Shown here: piece after piece, positions 1 through 9,547 of the stretch
How positions within the stretch are numbered: position 1 is the stretch's first letter
Layout of the letters: each line of letters opens with the position of its first letter
Assembly (NCBI GenBank): GCA_963737905.1
Contig: CAVTUQ010000016.1
Coordinates: 1-60,229 of the forward strand
DNA: 60,229 nt
Reading direction: 5' to 3'
DNA from: an uncultured delta proteobacterium
GTDB taxonomy: Bacteria > Desulfobacterota > Binatia > UBA9968
Notes under the pieces: generated by a model
What the model was told of the DNA's origin: nothing
What the model saw: only the letters and a program-made list of their open reading frames with translations
Database searches by the model: none
Program-made: the position numbers and the translations under genes

Positions 1-465
1 CTTCGGCGGCGGCCCCAGAGTCCTCAGCGACGGCGCGCGCCAGGTCGAGGTACATCCGCTCCCGACCTCCCACGCAGAAGACCTGGTCGTGGTATACTTC
101 CCAAGGAACGACTTCTTATCGAAGCCGACCACGTCAACCCGCGCGACGGTCAGGTGAGACCGGGCCCCCGGGTAAAGGAATTTGTCCAAGGGCTCGACAA
201 GCTCAAGGTCAACGTCGCGACGATCGTCGGTATTCACGGCGAACAGGCGAGTCTTGAGGCCACCCGGGCAGCAGCCAGAAATAGTGGCGACCCGAGGCTG
301 GTCCCAGATCCGGTTTCTTTACCAAACCGCGCATCTTGCCGGCATGCCGACGGCATGCTATCGTTTCTTCCATGGCCAATATCCAGTGCAAGAACATTCC
401 GGAAAAACTCCATAACCGGCTTCGGCGGTACGCGCGGGAGCAAGACTGCACGCTCGGCGAAATAA
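1..465 (+). CDS. 3' part of a probable MBL-fold metallo-hydrolase (partial, frameshift near 101; true 3' end uncertain)
   Basis: Frame 2 reads ...SHAEDLVVVYF and frame 1 continues PKERLLIEADH...ATIVGIHG; one C appears to be missing at ttc-cca-agg (98-106). These are C-terminal MBL-type motifs. Confidence 0.5.
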   Translation, partial: LRRRPQSPQRRRAPGRGTSAPDLPRRRPGRGILPKERLLIEADHVNPRDGQVRPGPRVKEFVQGLDKLKVNVATIVGIHGEQASLEATRAAARNSGDPRLVPDPVSLPNRASCRHADGMLSFLPWPISSARTFRKNSITGFGGTRGSKTARSAK

Positions 466-605
466 TTTTGGAAGCCATTGAGCGAGAAGTGGCGCGACGA
501 GAATGGCACAAACGTTTCTCGGGATGCCCCATGACGCAGCTTCGCAGCTCGGCTGCGGAGTTGCTCGAACAAGAACGACATCAACGCGACCGTGACCTTC
601 CGTGA
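372..605 (+). CDS. Antitoxin, FitA-like ribbon-helix-helix (VapB-type)
   Basis: MANIQCKNIPEKLHNRLRRYA...LGEIILEAIERE fits the RHH pattern; its stop overlaps the GTG start of the PIN gene (GTGA at 602-605). Confidence 0.8.
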   Translation: MANIQCKNIPEKLHNRLRRYAREQDCTLGEIILEAIEREVARREWHKRFSGCPMTQLRSSAAELLEQERHQRDRDLP

Positions 606-1003
606 GCCGCTACGTTATCGACGCGTCCGCCGCGACGGAATATCTTCTTCGAACCCCATTGGGGCTCAAACTGGCTGATGTAATCGAAGGCGCGTTCCTA
701 TTGGCGCCGGAGTTATTGGACGTGGAGGTGCTGTCGGTGTTAAGACGCGCGGTGTTGCGGGGTGAGCTGACTGAACCGCGCGCGTTGGTCGCAATCGAAG
801 ATCTCATAGATTGGTCAATCGACCGAATTCCGCACATCTCCCTCGTTCGGGCGGCTTGGCAGCATCGCAACAATGTGAGTGCCTACGACGCGTTTTATGT
901 CGCGGCCGCCCGTCTTTCCAGCGCGGCCCTCCTCACGACAGATGGACCCCTCGCTCGGGCGCCTTCACTGGGAATTGTGGTAGAGAACATCCGGTTGGCT
1001 TAG
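602..1003 (+). CDS. vapC: VapC-family PIN-domain toxin
   Basis: 133 aa with VIDAS, APELLDVEV, SAYDAFYVA and LLTTD, the PIN acidic motifs. Confidence 0.92.
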   Translation: MSRYVIDASAATEYLLRTPLGLKLADVIEGAFLLAPELLDVEVLSVLRRAVLRGELTEPRALVAIEDLIDWSIDRIPHISLVRAAWQHRNNVSAYDAFYVAAARLSSAALLTTDGPLARAPSLGIVVENIRLA

Positions 1004-1201
1004 CTATTTCCACACTGTTCCGCGATCCTGGATTGACGACGCCCCAAGATCATGAAAGACCCCAATCCACTCACTCACCGTCCGAGTGGTCGGCAAGCGT
1101 GTGGTTTGACAAAACGGTTCGTGCCCGTGCCTGGCTAGTTGTACTTGCCGGCTCCGTCCGGGCGCTGGAGATTTTCTAAGACAGGCGCCGCGGCTCGTGT
1201 G

Positions 1202-2959
1202 CTAAGTCACGCTCACCATTCGAACGCGAGCTTTGAATTCGGGGGAGCCCGGGGTGAAATATTTGTTGGCCCAGCGCCGGTCTGGTTGCAACGCAAATCC
1301 CGTCTGGATCACCGGCAGATTGCTCTGCTTAAATCTAATGAAGCTCGCCCGCGCACGGTAGTGCTCGTACAAGCGGAGGAATTCAGCGAGGTAGATCTGT
1401 CCCAGCCGAGGCGAGCCCTTGATCTCGAGCAAGTTCTCATCGTTGTTGAATACAGAGTTGCCGCTCATATTTGCGGAGCCCGTGTAGATGATGGGCGAGT
1501 CCGTTTCTGCGTCGATGACGATGAACTTGTGATGTACGATGACGGGCGGGAATGGTGGCGGATTCTCGCCGGGAAAGATGTTCACCTCCGGCTCGAAACC
1601 GGGAGGAGTGAGAGCCGGGCTAAAGAACTCGGCGCCGATAGTATCTTTCTTGTCGCGCGATCGATGGAACAGCTCGAGCGCCGCGAGCTGATCGGCCGGG
1701 ATGTTGCCGGCAGGCGTCGGGGTGGTTCCTGGCTCGGTGTGGGCGATGCGATTGACGAGGCCGAACATCATCTTTCCTGCATCACCTGCGGAGAAGCAGG
1801 CCTGGCGCAGCTGTTCGTCGGTAGGCGTAAAGAGGCAAAAGATTACCGAGCTCCGCGCCGCATGAATACTGGCGACGATGGTCTCGATGGAGACGCTCGG
1901 GTCACCGGCGCTGCCTTTTTCCGGCGAAAAAAGCACGCGGATGCCGGCATCTCCTACGGACACGGTATTTGACCACCCCACATGCTTCACCGTATTAGCT
2001 TTCGTTGGATTGTCCTTCAGCAATATGAAGCGCTCGTGATAGAGTTTGGCAAGTTCTGGTGAGTCAAACGTGTGAACGAGGTTCGCCTGCGACGTTATTC
2101 CCTCGGTGGTGTAGTTTGCCGAACCGCAGGTCAGTCTTTTTGGCGATGCCTGCTGGGCATCCAGGTTATCCCCCGCAACCAAAAACTTGTTGTGCATGAT
2201 ATTCAGACGGGTCCGGGGAAAGAACTCCACGTCTGTCAATATCTGCTTGGCGTCCGCATTGACGGCCGGATCGTCATTGTCGTACACGATTCCGATTGTT
2301 TTGGTGGCCATTGCTGCCTGAAGCGCAGGAATGATCCACACTTTGTCGGTGAGATGATAGATCGCGCCGGACACCGAATCAAAGGCGGGGGCGCTAGGTC
2401 CCACGAAATCTGGCACAGGCGTCTCCATGCCGTTCGCGAGCCAGAGGCGCAGGTCGAGCTTCTGCGCGTCTGTGAGCTGTCCGGGCGGGGTATCGAACGA
2501 GTGCAATTTGCGGGAAAACGCCTGAGAACTTATGACAGCTCGGTTGAACCAAGTCCCGATATCGAACGCGACGTGTTGGGGTAACACAATGGTCAGCGAG
2601 AAAGCATCCGCGGTAATCTGCTGCAGTGCACCGGGCGCGCCGCCTACGGGAATGACCTCGTACGTCAGGGAGTCGCCAGCCACGGAGCCATCGAGACGCG
2701 CGTCCCACCACATGAATTTCTGAATCGGAGCTTCCGCGGACGGGAAATCCGGATGTCCTGGAGCTGGCGGACCATTAAACGAGATGCGGTTCGGCAACCA
2801 ACTACTCGCTGCCTGGACACCGGTCGCCAGGTCCATGAACCCTGGCGTGCGGCGAATGGCAAACCCGAGAAAGTCCTGACGGGTTGCACCGTCCGGCCAG
2901 TCCAGCGCCAGCAACACTAGCGTTGGTGAGAGGTACGCGCGAGCATTCGCAGTTGCCAT
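1202..2959 (-). CDS. Phospholipase D-superfamily protein (two HKD-type domains)
   Basis: MHNKFLV...CGSANYT and VHHKFIVID...TGSANMS...NDEN motifs; ATG at 2959 (MATANARAY) chosen as start; no signal peptide seen. Confidence 0.88.
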   Translation of the reverse strand: MATANARAYLSPTLVLLALDWPDGATRQDFLGFAIRRTPGFMDLATGVQAASSWLPNRISFNGPPAPGHPDFPSAEAPIQKFMWWDARLDGSVAGDSLTYEVIPVGGAPGALQQITADAFSLTIVLPQHVAFDIGTWFNRAVISSQAFSRKLHSFDTPPGQLTDAQKLDLRLWLANGMETPVPDFVGPSAPAFDSVSGAIYHLTDKVWIIPALQAAMATKTIGIVYDNDDPAVNADAKQILTDVEFFPRTRLNIMHNKFLVAGDNLDAQQASPKRLTCGSANYTTEGITSQANLVHTFDSPELAKLYHERFILLKDNPTKANTVKHVGWSNTVSVGDAGIRVLFSPEKGSAGDPSVSIETIVASIHAARSSVIFCLFTPTDEQLRQACFSAGDAGKMMFGLVNRIAHTEPGTTPTPAGNIPADQLAALELFHRSRDKKDTIGAEFFSPALTPPGFEPEVNIFPGENPPPFPPVIVHHKFIVIDAETDSPIIYTGSANMSGNSVFNNDENLLEIKGSPRLGQIYLAEFLRLYEHYRARASFIRFKQSNLPVIQTGFALQPDRRWANKYFTPGSPEFKARVRMVSVT

Positions 2960-3696
2960 TTCACGACCATCGTTTGAGCGGAGCACAATACCGATGGCTA
3001 GGATCACTGAGACGAAGAATACTCCAGTTCGACGGCATTCTCACGTTAAATCACAGGAATTAGGTTTAGCCACCGAGAACTCCGGAATTCCCCCAATCAA
3101 TCGCGGGGCAATATCTATTTAAGAGCCGAAAGCGCCTGCTGGAAAAAACGAACCAGCCTCCGATCACGATCTGGGCAGACAGTATCCGATCAGCTGGCGT
3201 CATGTCAATTTGGGCAAGCTTTTTCCCAGACTGGAGATTTTCTCTGCTGCGGGGTAGGGAGGAGATAAATTACTTGCAATGGGATCCCGAGTTCGTTGCC
3301 GAAGCCGAGAAAACGCGAATGCGATCCCCGGGACCACTCTGCACAATATGATTGTCAAAGGCCTGTCGATGCCCGCGCCCTCAAAGAAAAGCTCAAGCGA
3401 TCCTCGCGCCGAAGGATTAGCGGAAGAACCTGTAACCAATCCGGAATCCGTAGCATCCTGGGACTATCCCGGTGAGTTCTGGATCGAGAAATTCTCCGCG
3501 AGCTGTAGTGATTGAGCTATTCAAGAAGCGCGTCGGCGCCGGCCCGCTTCCGCCGCACTAAAGTCGCACGGCCGCATGCTCATGCCAATCGGCGTCCCCA
3601 TGATCTGCCCCGATTCCCAAATTTTAGAGTTAAGCAACTTAGGCAAGTCAGGCACCGGAGGTTAGGATGCTGCTCCGTTGGCTCGGTCTGCGGCGC

Positions 3697-4227
3697 CTAT
3701 TTTTTCATACTCTCACGGAATTTATTCCAGGCGGCAATACCAGCTTCGGCAGCTTTCTCGTCGACTCCCTGCGGCAATCCTGCGACACCGATGGCGCCCA
3801 CTAGCCGGTTTCCTATGGCCAGCGGAACCCCGCCGCCGACAAGGTAAACTTCACCTGGATACATGTTCATGATGCCGAAATAACGATCGGGACGGGTCTT
3901 GGCGAGTTCGGCGGCGACCTCGGTACGATCTCGCAATATGAGAGATGCCAGGGCTTTCCCTTTCGCAAAGCGCTCGAGATGAAACGAAGCGTTTTCCATG
4001 CGATCGGCGGAGATCATCTGTCCCGAGTCGTCCACAATCACAACTGTCATTTGCATCTTGTTCTCTCTCGCGTAGGCCACGGCGCCATCGATGATGACGC
4101 GCGCTTCCTGCAACGACAGAGATGTCGGCGGTGCCGATGGCCGGGGCGCCTGCGCGGCGGGCGCAGTGACGGGGCGGGCGAGAATTGCAATTAAGAGAAC
4201 CGAAGCCAAGGACGCGATGATTTTCAT
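3697..4227 (-). CDS. Secreted GlcG/HbpS-like heme-binding protein
   Basis: Signal peptide, VVIVDDSG, AKGKA and GGGVPL...VGAIGVAG...DEKAA motifs. Confidence 0.88.
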   Translation of the reverse strand: MKIIASLASVLLIAILARPVTAPAAQAPRPSAPPTSLSLQEARVIIDGAVAYARENKMQMTVVIVDDSGQMISADRMENASFHLERFAKGKALASLILRDRTEVAAELAKTRPDRYFGIMNMYPGEVYLVGGGVPLAIGNRLVGAIGVAGLPQGVDEKAAEAGIAAWNKFRESMKK

Positions 4228-4442
4228 GGAACGCCTCCTGAACAGGGATTTTTGACCGACCGAATATTAGCACCAGCGTGCCGACACCCGCAATGATAAT
4301 TTCAGATCGTGTTGAAGGATCAGGGACAAGGGCACCAGGAAACCACGGGTGAAATAGCGTTACTCCGATTCCATCGCGCTATGGTTACCATGCTTGACAG
4401 CTTCATCAACGCAATGGTAACGCTTGGACTCGCAGCCCGAAG

Positions 4443-4967
4443 GTGCCGATTGTGAGCGATAAACAAAAAGAAGCGACTTCATTGATCATCGAACAACTCG
4501 TTCAGAGCGGAATTAAACTCGTGGCGAGCCTCCCCGACGACTGGATCGCTCCGCTGATTCATGACATTGACAAGGACGATCGTTTTAAGCACGTGCCTGT
4601 CAACCGCGAGGAGTCCGCGATCGGTCTTTGTTCCGGCGCTTACTTCGGCGGCATCCCCTCTCTGGCTCTCATGGGAGCCTCCGGGTTGATGACCTGCGTC
4701 TATGCCATCACCAAAATCAACTACAGCTACCATATTCCCCTATTTATCTTCGCCACGCTGCGCGGGGTGATCGGCGATCCGCGGCCGCATCACATTGCAA
4801 ATGGTCTCTATCTCACCAGACTCTTGGATTCGATCAGCCTGCCGTTCTTGCTCGTGGAGGAGCGAAAGACCATCGAGCGCATCCCGGCCGCCTTCAAGCA
4901 CTGCCAGGCGATGAACCGGCCCGAGGTGATGATATTTACCGAAGCCGTTTTGCTTGGCGAGGCCTAG
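4443..4967 (+). CDS. TPP-dependent decarboxylase, pyrimidine-binding (alpha) subunit; sulfopyruvate/phosphonopyruvate decarboxylase-like
   Basis: ASLPDDW, VNREESAIGLCSG and LMGASG motifs; paired with the downstream PP-domain gene. Confidence 0.8.
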   Translation: MPIVSDKQKEATSLIIEQLVQSGIKLVASLPDDWIAPLIHDIDKDDRFKHVPVNREESAIGLCSGAYFGGIPSLALMGASGLMTCVYAITKINYSYHIPLFIFATLRGVIGDPRPHHIANGLYLTRLLDSISLPFLLVEERKTIERIPAAFKHCQAMNRPEVMIFTEAVLLGEA

Positions 4968-4974
4968 GAAAACG

Positions 4975-5592
4975 ATGTTGGATCTGAGAGATTGCTTCAA
5001 GTATTTTGCCCAACGTCAAAGCGACGGTGTCGTGATCACCTCGGCCGGTGTCACCTCCGGCACGTGGTGGAGAACCACGCACGATATGGATCAGGCTTTT
5101 TACCTCGGCGCCTCGATGAGCATGATTTCGATGTTCGGCGCCGGCATCGCCATGGGCGCGCCGAAGCTACCGGTATGGGTTTTCATGGGTGACGGAGCGT
5201 TCGTTATGAATCCGGGGATGCTGATGGTCGAACGCGATCTCAATTTGCCCAACTTGAAGCACTTCCTCGTTTCCAACCGCGTCTACAACGCCACCGGCGC
5301 CGTTCCCCTCGCTAACGCGAAGCGCAACGACTACGCGGCGATCGCGAGAGCCGTAGGGATCGAACGGGTCTTTGAGATTGACTCTCTCGAGGGACTGCAT
5401 AGCCAGTTCGATAAAATCGTATTGGAGCCTGGGCACACTTTCACGATTCTCGAAGTCGAGCCCCTGCGCGAGAAACCAGGCGGCGTGCCGATTGATGATG
5501 TTGAATCAAAATTCCGCTTCGGGCGCTACATTGAGAGAAAGGCGGGGATCAAAATCTTCCGCCATCCGGCAACGGAACCTATAAACCGCTAG
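4975..5592 (+). CDS. TPP-dependent decarboxylase, PP-binding (beta) subunit
   Basis: TPP motif GDGAFVMN...LVSNRVYNATG; YLGASM. Confidence 0.85.
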   Translation: MLDLRDCFKYFAQRQSDGVVITSAGVTSGTWWRTTHDMDQAFYLGASMSMISMFGAGIAMGAPKLPVWVFMGDGAFVMNPGMLMVERDLNLPNLKHFLVSNRVYNATGAVPLANAKRNDYAAIARAVGIERVFEIDSLEGLHSQFDKIVLEPGHTFTILEVEPLREKPGGVPIDDVESKFRFGRYIERKAGIKIFRHPATEPINR

Positions 5593-5846
5593 CTGAGGGA
5601 AGAGTATCAGTGACAGACTTGCCTAAGTCTACTAACTCCTAACAGGCAGGGACATATCTCCCGCGTGCTGAGCCTGTCAAACACAGCTCCAACCCGTTTT
5701 TATCCGCTGGGCCGTGTAGGCCTGAGAAGACGCATTGAATTGCTTTCACCGCCCGGTCATCTAGGTTCGCGCAGCTCCCGTCGCTCTGTTGTACGGAACC
5801 CAGTACGGGTATAAAATTACATATCTTATACCTCTGGAGCTTTAGC

Positions 5847-6098
5847 ATGGGCATGAACATAAAGAGCGACGAAACGCACCGTCGAGCCAAGGAATTGGCC
5901 CGAATCACGGGTGAGACAATCGCTGAGGCCGTGGACCGCGCGGTCAGCGAGCGCTTGGATCGGTTGCGGCGGCAACGGAATCGCAAAGCGCTCGCGGCGA
6001 AACTCCTAAAGTTGGGTGACCAGTGCAGCCGGCTGCTGGTGATGGACAAGCGATCAGCCGACGAAATGCTCTATGACGAGCAAGGGCTGCCGCGATGA
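5847..6098 (+). CDS. vapB: VapB-family antitoxin (Rv0623-like)
   Basis: MNIKSDETHRRAKELARITGETIAEAV...LYDEQGLPR; ATGA overlap with the toxin gene. Confidence 0.9.
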   Translation: MGMNIKSDETHRRAKELARITGETIAEAVDRAVSERLDRLRRQRNRKALAAKLLKLGDQCSRLLVMDKRSADEMLYDEQGLPR

Positions 6099-6496
6099 TC
6101 GTTGTCGATTCGTCTGCGCTGATCGCGATCCTCGACAAGGAACCGGATGCGGCGCTTTACGCAGAAGCCATCGCGGAGGCGGATACCCCGCTCATTTCTG
6201 CGGCGACTCTCCTTGAACTGCATATTGTGATGCTAAACCGGCACGGCGCCAGAGCCGCACAAATCGTCGACCGTTTGATCCAAAACGCTGCCCTTCAGAT
6301 TGAAGACTTTACCGCTCAACATGTCGCGCTCGCGCGTGAAGCTTATGATCGCTATGGCAAAGGCAGAAATGTTGCAGGGCTCAACTATGGGGACTGTTTT
6401 TCTTACGCGCTGGCAAAAGCCACCGGCTTGCCGTTGCTTTTCAAGGGGCAGGATTTTTCAAAGACGGACCTGGTCGCGGCGCTGCCCAACACTTGA
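6095..6496 (+). CDS. vapC: VapC-family PIN toxin
   Basis: MIVVDSSALIAIL...LNYGDCFSYALA...LLFKGQDFSKTD. Confidence 0.95.
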   Translation: MIVVDSSALIAILDKEPDAALYAEAIAEADTPLISAATLLELHIVMLNRHGARAAQIVDRLIQNAALQIEDFTAQHVALAREAYDRYGKGRNVAGLNYGDCFSYALAKATGLPLLFKGQDFSKTDLVAALPNT

Positions 6497-6584
6497 GTCC
6501 ACTTTGACTCTTAAGCACTAACATACGTTGGGGAAGTGATCCGGCTCGACATCTTCAGCAATTCCTGCTTTGAATCATGGGACT

Positions 6585-7676
6585 ATGGACGAGACAATCA
6601 CAGCGATCGACACGATCACGCTGCGCATTCCGTTGGACATCTGGGCTCCGCCGCCCATGTCTCAAGGTGTGCCGCGCACGCATGTTGAAAGCCTTTATGT
6701 ACGCGTGACGACCAGTGGCGGCGTCGTGGGCTGGGGTGAGTCGTTCGGCACGGCCCGGCCCATGGTCGTCGCGGCGTTCGACAACTGGATCAGGCGACTT
6801 GCCGTTGGACAAAGCGTCACGGACGAGCAGCTGATCCCCCGCATCGAACGCATGCTGCTTTCGTTGAGCCGCTCCGGTCCGCTGGCCCACGCGCTCGCGG
6901 GACTCGATATTGCGCTGTGGGACATTCGGGGGAAGCTTGCGGGAGTTCCGGTGTCGACGCTTCTTGGCGGCACCAAGCGAACGCGCGTCGAATGCTATGC
7001 CTCGTTGCTGCAATATTACGGCAACCCGGAATACATCAAGCGCAACACCGCTCGTGCTCTCGAACGCGGCTATCGTCAGATCAAACTGCATGAGCGCACT
7101 GCCGAGGCGGTCGCTGCCGCGCGCGAGGTGACGGGTCCGGACATTCCTCTGATGGTGGATACAAACTGCGCCTGGACGCTGGCCGAAGCGGAGGCGGCGG
7201 TCACGGCGCTGGCGCCGTACAAGCCGTTCTGGGTCGAGGAGCCGATCTATCCACCGGAGGATTTCGAAGCGCTCGCCAAGCTGCGCACGATCACCGGAGT
7301 ACCCGTGGGGATCGGCGAGAACGCCACCAGCCTGCGCGATTTTCGCAGAATGGTCACCATCGGCAAAGCCGACTACATTCAGCCCGCCATGGTCAAGCTG
7401 GGCGTCACTGCCTTGGCCAAAGTAGCCGCCGAAGTTGAGCAGGCGGGCGCGACCTGCGTGCCGAATGCTTTTTATCTGGGACCGGCTTTTCTCGCGGTGC
7501 TGCATTGCATGGCGGCAAAAGAGAAAGAATCCCCGCTCGAGCGGATGTTTGCCGATTTTGGCGCGACTCCGTTCGCCAAGACCGTGCCTGTGATCAACGG
7601 CGGAGTTGAAGTTCCGCAGGGCCCAGGTCTCGGCGCGGACCCGGAAGACGACCTGATTGCACAGTTCAGAGTGTAG
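6585..7676 (+). CDS. Mandelate racemase/muconate lactonizing enzyme family protein
   Basis: GWGES, AGLDIALWDIRGK, LMVDTN, WVEEP, GEN and PQGPGLG enolase-superfamily motifs. Confidence 0.93.
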   Translation: MDETITAIDTITLRIPLDIWAPPPMSQGVPRTHVESLYVRVTTSGGVVGWGESFGTARPMVVAAFDNWIRRLAVGQSVTDEQLIPRIERMLLSLSRSGPLAHALAGLDIALWDIRGKLAGVPVSTLLGGTKRTRVECYASLLQYYGNPEYIKRNTARALERGYRQIKLHERTAEAVAAAREVTGPDIPLMVDTNCAWTLAEAEAAVTALAPYKPFWVEEPIYPPEDFEALAKLRTITGVPVGIGENATSLRDFRRMVTIGKADYIQPAMVKLGVTALAKVAAEVEQAGATCVPNAFYLGPAFLAVLHCMAAKEKESPLERMFADFGATPFAKTVPVINGGVEVPQGPGLGADPEDDLIAQFRV

Positions 7677-8159
7677 TCCCCGCTCTCCAGGCGGGAGCGT
7701 CATAAGGTTCAGGCGTGCATAAGTGAATAGATTCCTGTAAAGAGAGCCCGAGAGTTAGGTCTTGTTTCGGCGATAGACTGACATTCTGGCGAATTCGGCA
7801 TGGCCAGGATCTGTTTAACGATAGGAATTTTCTTTTGGGTTTCGGCCATCGACCCCCATTTGGAAGTTACAAGCAACTAGCAGAGGGAGCCCGACTCGCC
7901 AAGGAACGCCAATTCGGCTCAGACAGTAGCCGATAAGTTAGCGCTGTGTCAACTTTGACCTTGGCTTGCGGACAGAGCTGGACATCTGCTCCTGTCTTCG
8001 GTAAGAGGCTTTTAGATTAGCTTCCACTGAAGGCGGATCAGCCTTTGGCTGAGGCTGTCCCTCGATCTTTTCCTCGAGAGGTGAGTTTATCGAACGGTCG
8101 GACGGATCGAAGGTGAGGGCAGTCGACTTTCGACAAACCGAAATGAAAGACCCAAACCG

Positions 8160-9458
8160 ATGTTGAGCGACGAACAGAACCGGAGCTTGATGCAAGTCGG
8201 CGCCGGCACGCCGATCGGAGAGTTGCTTCGGCGCTACTGGATGCCCATCGCCGCGGTGGCCGAGTTGGACGACAAGGCGACGAAGCCCGTACGTTTGCTG
8301 GGTGAGGATCTCGTCCTCTACCGGGACCAGGCCGGCACCTATGGTCTCCTAGATCGGCACTGCGCGCATCGCCGCGCCGACCTATCCTATGGATGGGCCG
8401 AGGGCTGCGGGCTGCGTTGCCACTACCACGGCTGGTTGTGGGATCACACCGGCAAGTGCCTGGAACAGCCTTTCGAGGAGGTCGCGAATCCCGAGGCTCG
8501 CTTCAAGGACCGCGTGCGTATCAAGGCATATCCCGTGGAGGCCAAGGCCGGCCTGCTGTGGGCCTACCTGGGGCCGCCGCCGGTGCCGCTCGTGCCCACC
8601 TGGGAGCCTTTCACCTGGAGAAACGGTTTCGTGCAGATCGTCTTTTCGGAAGTCCCCTGCAACTGGTTCCAATGCCAGGAAAACTCGATCGACCCCGTGC
8701 ACTTCGAGTGGCTGCACAGCCACTGGACGCGGGCCTTGCAGGGTGACGAAGGGCCGAAGCCGCCGACCCATCTGAAGATCGGCTTCGAGGAGTTCGAGTA
8801 CGGGTTCGTCTACCGACGTGTTCTGGAAGGTCAGTCGGAGTCGGACGAGCTGTGGACTGTCGGGCGCACCTGCCTGTGGCCGAACTGTCTCTTCACCGGC
8901 GGTCACTTCGAATGGCGGGTGCCGATCGACGACGAGAGCATGCTGAGCGTCGGCTGGTTCTTCGACCGGGTGCCGACCGAGATGGAGCCGTTCACACAGG
9001 ACCGCATCCCCTACTGGTACAGCCCGATCAACGAGGCGCGCACGGGGCGCTGGATCACCACGCACGTAATGAATCAAGACTTCGTCGCCTGGGTGGGCCA
9101 GGGTGCTCTCGCCGACCGAACCCAGGAGCACCTGGGCGAGAGCGACCGCGGCATCATCCTAATGCGTAAGCGGATGCTGGAGCAGGCCGAGCTTGTGGCC
9201 CGCGGCGGTATGCCCAAAGCGGTAATCCATGATCCGGCGCAGAACGCCTGCGTGCGGCTCCCGATCATCGGCCGAGAATACTTCGTCGGCGGCTATTCCC
9301 GAGCGGACAGTGACAAGCGACGCGGGCGCACGCCGGGACTTGCCCAGCGAAAGGACTTCCCTTTCTTGACCGGCCAGCCCGAGGAGATCCGGCAGGCCTT
9401 CCGCCGCGCGATGGGCCTCGACGCCGAAGTCCCGCGCGACGTTCGCTCGCCCGGCTAA
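8160..9458 (+). CDS. Rieske aromatic ring-hydroxylating oxygenase alpha subunit (phthalate 4,5-dioxygenase/LigX-like)
   Basis: Rieske CAHRR...CHYHGW; mononuclear Fe motif ENSIDPVHFEWLH; GELLRRYW N-terminus; EHLGESD. Confidence 0.93.
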   Translation: MLSDEQNRSLMQVGAGTPIGELLRRYWMPIAAVAELDDKATKPVRLLGEDLVLYRDQAGTYGLLDRHCAHRRADLSYGWAEGCGLRCHYHGWLWDHTGKCLEQPFEEVANPEARFKDRVRIKAYPVEAKAGLLWAYLGPPPVPLVPTWEPFTWRNGFVQIVFSEVPCNWFQCQENSIDPVHFEWLHSHWTRALQGDEGPKPPTHLKIGFEEFEYGFVYRRVLEGQSESDELWTVGRTCLWPNCLFTGGHFEWRVPIDDESMLSVGWFFDRVPTEMEPFTQDRIPYWYSPINEARTGRWITTHVMNQDFVAWVGQGALADRTQEHLGESDRGIILMRKRMLEQAELVARGGMPKAVIHDPAQNACVRLPIIGREYFVGGYSRADSDKRRGRTPGLAQRKDFPFLTGQPEEIRQAFRRAMGLDAEVPRDVRSPG

Positions 9459-9500
9459 TTTAGTTTTTGCAGCCTCAGCTTATGCGGGGTGGTTCGTTAT

Positions 9501-9547
9501 TATCACTCGTCCCTCGACACGTCACCCCTCCTGGCTCGTCACTCGTC
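9501..9547. repeat. Degenerate heptamer tandem repeat (TCACTCG/TCCCTCG type)
   Basis: tcactcg tccctcg acacg tcacccc ... tcactcg between convergent genes; related to 11284-11362. Confidence 0.5.

Noticed and set aside
3010-3690. Short ORFs in the region between the PLD and heme-binding genes
   Set aside because: No recognisable motifs, RBS or consistent coding signal.
6484-6533. attC after the second vapC (GCCCAAC...GTTGGGG)
   Set aside because: Only 50 bp long, with no recognisable L boxes; could be chance or a heavily decayed site.
7850-7970. Possible IS non-coding end around GAGGGAGCCCGAC
   Set aside because: Only a short recalled motif; I could not support a structure, and no transposase remnant is nearby.
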